In this document: in pieces, positions 60,339-64,000 of the stretch | Layout of the letters: every line of letters begins with the position of its first letter | Numbering within the stretch: position 1 is the first letter of the stretch | Assembly (NCBI GenBank): GCA_044347345.1 | Contig: JBIKUX010000015.1 | Span: 1 to 64,000 of the forward strand | Source of the DNA: Bdellovibrionota bacterium | GTDB taxonomy: Bacteria; Bdellovibrionota_C; UBA2361; JBIKUX01 | Direction of reading: 5' to 3' | Length of the DNA: 64,000 nucleotides | Notes under the pieces: model-generated | What the model was told of the DNA's origin: nothing | The model's database searches: none | The model's input: only the letters and a program-made list of their open reading frames with translations | Position numbers and translations under genes: made by a program

Positions 60339-60360
60339 AACAGTAGCATAAGATACAACT
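60339..60360. promoter_or_regulatory. Putative MntR operator
   Basis: GTAGC-ATAA-GATAC imperfect palindrome between the divergent troA and mntR. It resembles the enterobacterial MntR box core ATAGC-N4-GCTAT. Confidence 0.45.
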
Positions 60361-60423
60361 TTTTAAGACCTTTTTTAAAAGGTATATTTTTATGATAGCA
60401 GAAATTAAGTAGGAATAAGTTAC

Positions 60424-60885
60424 ATGGCAAGACAGCGAAAAGCAGCATTTATAGCTGCAAGAAAACAGAGAACATCAGAAGCCGCTGAAGATTACACTGA
60501 GTTGGTGGCTGATTTAATCGCCGAGCAGGGGCAAGCCAGAACCTGCACGATAGCTGAAGAGTTAGGAGTGTCTCATGTAACTGCTCTTCGTACTATTAGG
60601 CGTCTTACTTCAGAGGGATTTCTTGCTACGTTGCCCCATAAGCCTGTGCACCTCACACCTAAGGGGAAAAGGTTAGCTGTGTTTGCAAAAGAACGACACG
60701 AGCTTTTGATTGAATTTTTCAAAATAATCGGTGTTTCACAAAAACAAGCCGAGCTTGATGTAGAAGGATTAGAGCATCATGTGAGCCCGGGAAGCATCAA
60801 GGCAATTCGTGCTTTTATGGCATCATACGGAAAGAGCTCACAAAGAAAAACTACTTCTGAGAAAAAGAATGTAGGAAAAAAGTAG
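60424..60885 (+). CDS. mntR: Manganese-dependent transcriptional regulator MntR (DtxR family, E. coli-like)
   Basis: EDYTELVADLI, LGVSH.T, LTPKG, ERH and D.EGLEHHVS. Confidence 0.9.
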   Translation: MARQRKAAFIAARKQRTSEAAEDYTELVADLIAEQGQARTCTIAEELGVSHVTALRTIRRLTSEGFLATLPHKPVHLTPKGKRLAVFAKERHELLIEFFKIIGVSQKQAELDVEGLEHHVSPGSIKAIRAFMASYGKSSQRKTTSEKKNVGKK

Positions 60886-60994
60886 CAAAACAGCTAGAAC
60901 AGTTAAAAGATGAACATAAATTTATTTTAAACAAAAAATTAATTTTTTAAAAAATAAATTTTTAACGGGATGGTTTTTCACGGTTAAATTTATT

Positions 60995-62248
60995 TTACCG
61001 AGTCTGACCATTTCCTTTAACTATGTACTTATAGCTAGTTAACTCAGAAAGCCCCAACGGACCGCGGGCATGTAATTTTTGAGTACTAATACCTATTTCG
61101 GCACCAAAACCAAACTCTCCTCCGTCTGTAAATCGTGTAGAAGCATTATGATAAACGACCGCTGAATCAATCAATTTCATAAATAGTTCGGCTCTTGCGC
61201 TTGACTCTGTGATTATGGCCTCAGAGTGTTTTGTTGAATAGTTATTGATATGATTTATTGCTTCTAGGTCACCTTGAACTAATTTTATCGCAACTATTAG
61301 GTCAAGAAATTCAGTGTTGTAATCTTCATTTGTAGCAAGATCTACGGATGGGAAAAGTTTTTTTGTTTGTTCGCATCCTCGTAAACTGATTCCATTAGCT
61401 ACTAATTCATTTAGCAAACTTAATATATTATCATGTGGCCAAGAATGATGAATAAGTATAGTTTCAATAGCATTGCATACAGAAGGCCTACTTGCTTTGC
61501 TATTTATGGCAATTTTAGTCGCCATATCTAACTTAGCATCCTGTGCTACATAAAGATGGCAATTACCGGATCCTGTTTCAATTAAAGGTACTCTAGAGTT
61601 AGCTCTGGCGTAGTTAATGAAGCTAGCACTTCCTCTTGGTATTAAAATATCAATGATACCGGTAGCTGTGAGCATAGCCTCTACACCAGAACGGTCGATA
61701 TCATCTAAGTAAATAAGAGCCTCGGCAGGTATATTGAATTTGGTAAGTACAGGACTTAGCGCGCTAACGATGGCTTTATTGGAGTTTATTGCATCACTAC
61801 TCCCCCTGAGAATAAGGCCGTTACCAGTTTTTATTGCGATAGCAATAGAGTCAACTGTTACATTCGGTCTGTTCTCATAAATTATACCTATTACCCCAAT
61901 AGGTACTGATACCTTTGTAATACTCAGTCCATTTGGTCGACTAAAATTAGTAAGAACCTTATTTAATACGTCTGGTAATTCGACTAGGTCTCTAACTGCT
62001 TTTGCTGAAGCTAATATCCTTGTTTCTGTAAAAATTAGCCTATCTAGTATCGCGTTACTGAGCCCTTTTTTTTTAGCTTGAGCTAGATCCTCATTGTTTG
62101 CACTGATAATTTCAGGCAATGAAGCTTCTAGATTGCTGGCAATATTTAATAATAACTCCGTTCTTATTTTGTGAGACAAAGTAGATAATGAATGAGCTGC
62201 AACTTTAATTTTCTGGCTATTTTGGTACAAATAATCACTAGGTATCAT
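60995..62248 (-). CDS. proA: Gamma-glutamyl phosphate reductase
   Basis: PIGVIGIIYENRPNVT, IPRG, GNCHLYV, SVCNA.ET and NASTRFTDGGEFGFGAEIGISTQKLHARGP. Confidence 0.97.
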   Translation of the reverse strand: MIPSDYLYQNSQKIKVAAHSLSTLSHKIRTELLLNIASNLEASLPEIISANNEDLAQAKKKGLSNAILDRLIFTETRILASAKAVRDLVELPDVLNKVLTNFSRPNGLSITKVSVPIGVIGIIYENRPNVTVDSIAIAIKTGNGLILRGSSDAINSNKAIVSALSPVLTKFNIPAEALIYLDDIDRSGVEAMLTATGIIDILIPRGSASFINYARANSRVPLIETGSGNCHLYVAQDAKLDMATKIAINSKASRPSVCNAIETILIHHSWPHDNILSLLNELVANGISLRGCEQTKKLFPSVDLATNEDYNTEFLDLIVAIKLVQGDLEAINHINNYSTKHSEAIITESSARAELFMKLIDSAVVYHNASTRFTDGGEFGFGAEIGISTQKLHARGPLGLSELTSYKYIVKGNGQTR

Positions 62249-63393
62249 ACAAACATTATTAGATTATTACGGTGAATGATCTCATCTTTTTCTACTTTAA
62301 GTGTCTCCCTCGCATATGATGTCGGTTTACCGAGCGCTGAAGTGATCTGTGCCGAAGTATAATTACTGATACCCTTGGCTATAACTCTTCCCTCAGTGTC
62401 GGTAACTGTAATAACTCCTCCGGCTGCAAAATGACCCTGTACACCTATTACTCCGGCAGGAAGTAAGCTGCGACTATGTTCGATTAAGGCTATCATTGCT
62501 CCATTGTCGATACTAACTGATCCAAGTACCGGAGAGTGAAAAGCAATCCACTGATATTTTCTGTTTCTTCTGCTCTCTTGAAGTGCCCCGATATATGTGC
62601 CGGTACCATCTCCGTTTATAATTGTAATAATGGAGGAGGTTGCCTCAAAAGAACCGATATAACTTCTAACACCAAGTATTAGAGCTTGGTCGGCAGCTTT
62701 AAGTTTTGCTGACATTCCACCAGTCCCGGCTCTACTAATTCCTTCTCCTCTAGCACCATTATAAATAGAATTATTGATTTCAGAGATGGACGAGAGTTTT
62801 TGTGCAGAAGGGTTGGTGTGTGGATTATCGGTATAAACTCCGTCGGTATCGGTAAATATGACTAGGAGATCTGCATGGAGTAGCGACGCAAGCAGCGCGC
62901 TAAGCATATCATTGTCACCAAAAGAGTCAGTATGTAGCGATACTGAATCGTTCTCATTAATTATTGGTAAAACTCCTTGAGATAGAAGTGTTTCGATTGT
63001 TTCACGCACCGAATCATAAGCAGTCCGAAGGGCAAAATCTCGTCTTGTCAATAAAATTTGTCCTACGCCAATATTAAAGTTGGCGCAAGCCTTAGCATAT
63101 TCTTGCATGAGGCGCATTTGTCCCACTGACGCTGCTGCTCGGCGAAGCGGTTGTTGTCGAACCGGCAAGGGAAGTCCTAGGCTGGGAGCGCCAGAGGCTA
63201 CGGCTCCGGAGGTTACCAGAACTACCTGAATGCCAGCTGAGTGTGATTCAGCTAATAGTTTAGCAACACGCTCTACTTGATCAGTTCTGAGGCCACATTC
63301 AACCGAAGTAAGTGAGCTACTACCCACTTTTACAACTATCCTGCTACCCTCAAGCCTTTTTTTTGCTTCTAGTTTTTCAGTTTCTAATCGCAC
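62245..63393 (-). CDS. proB: Glutamate 5-kinase with PUA domain
   Basis: VVKVGSS, TSGA, AASVGQ, NENDSV, FGDND, GTGGM..KL, SLLPAG and IIHRNN. Confidence 0.97.
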   Translation of the reverse strand: MRLETEKLEAKKRLEGSRIVVKVGSSSLTSVECGLRTDQVERVAKLLAESHSAGIQVVLVTSGAVASGAPSLGLPLPVRQQPLRRAAASVGQMRLMQEYAKACANFNIGVGQILLTRRDFALRTAYDSVRETIETLLSQGVLPIINENDSVSLHTDSFGDNDMLSALLASLLHADLLVIFTDTDGVYTDNPHTNPSAQKLSSISEINNSIYNGARGEGISRAGTGGMSAKLKAADQALILGVRSYIGSFEATSSIITIINGDGTGTYIGALQESRRNRKYQWIAFHSPVLGSVSIDNGAMIALIEHSRSLLPAGVIGVQGHFAAGGVITVTDTEGRVIAKGISNYTSAQITSALGKPTSYARETLKVEKDEIIHRNNLIMFV

Positions 63394-63421
63394 AAATTTT
63401 TACAAAAAATGTAAATGTTCA

Positions 63422-63802
63422 TTATTCTAAGGAAACAATCATTTCAATCTCTATTTTAGCATCTAGTGGAAGACGTGCCACCTGTATTGTAGACCGAGCT
63501 GGCTTATTATCGCCTAGTATTTCACTGTAAATTTCATTTACAACGGTAAAGTCATTTAGATCTAGAAGAAATATGGTGGTTTTTACCACATCAGCAAATG
63601 AACGACCGAGATGTGTTAGAATTGCGCTAAGATTTTCTAGTACTTGAGTAGTCTGTTCTTTAATACCTCCATCAACTAATTGTCCGGTTGTTGGATTTAT
63701 AGCAATTTGACCTGAACAAAAAGCAAAACCGTTGGCAGACACAGCTACTGAGTATGGACCAATAGCGTTGGGTGCATTGATGACACTTGAGATTTTTTTC
63801 AT
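63422..63802 (-). CDS. ridA: RidA family enamine/imine deaminase
   Basis: APNAIGPYS, SGQI, VVKTT.FL, N..Y and PARS...V..LP....IEIE. Confidence 0.93.
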   Translation of the reverse strand: MKKISSVINAPNAIGPYSVAVSANGFAFCSGQIAINPTTGQLVDGGIKEQTTQVLENLSAILTHLGRSFADVVKTTIFLLDLNDFTVVNEIYSEILGDNKPARSTIQVARLPLDAKIEIEMIVSLE

Positions 63803-63911
63803 AGTATTACCTTATCTTATGATTTTACTACAATCTGACATAATATTGGCTCAGGCAATAACCTGCGATGTCTTTACGAATAATTATAATGGAATATGAC
63901 ACTACTACTTT

Positions 63912-64000
63912 ATGGAAAAAAATACTTTTTCGCCAAAGCTCGCTACCATTCTTATTGTAGAAGATGAAGATGATATCGCAGAGGTTGTTTCTTATAACTT
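63912..64000 (+). CDS. Response regulator receiver domain, OmpR/PhoB-like (partial, runs off the window)
   Basis: MEKNTFSPKLATILIVEDEDDIAEVVSYN matches the receiver beta1/acidic pocket. Confidence 0.75.
   Translation, partial: MEKNTFSPKLATILIVEDEDDIAEVVSYN

Noticed and set aside
63836..63853. Pho box upstream of the PhoB-like regulator
   Set aside because: Only one half-site (CTGACAT) resembles the consensus; the second 11-bp repeat is poor.

Overview
This is an AT-rich bacterial chromosomal window made up mostly of housekeeping genes. The gene order (grpE-dnaK-dnaJ, maf-yggS-yggT-FmdB-like, rpmF-plsX-fabG-acpP-glyA-nrdR-ribBA-ribH, LppC-like lipoprotein-lon) resembles Deltaproteobacteria/Bdellovibrionota-like genomes; that placement is inference. 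It encodes a six-gene alternative complex III (actABCDEF), a Mn/Fe ABC transporter whose last permease is fused to a DtxR-like domain with a divergent mntR, a Tat-exported Mn-type SOD, hrpA, guaB, ribD, serC, nadB, mgtE, alr, leuA and proBA. I saw no rRNA, tRNA, CRISPR array, integrase or transposase. The least explained parts are: (i) a ~2 kb accessory patch between ssb and ribD, with a 155-bp near-identical duplicated promoter/leader module driving a frameshifted polyQ-pentapeptide gene and a remnant paralogue; (ii) an alanine racemase whose catalytic N-terminus has no in-frame ATG/GTG/TTG; (iii) a ~125-nt candidate structured RNA plus 17-bp repeats between fabG and acpP; (iv) a RibBA with an apparently degenerate RibB half. 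I cannot support a clear-cut new multi-gene system from sequence alone.
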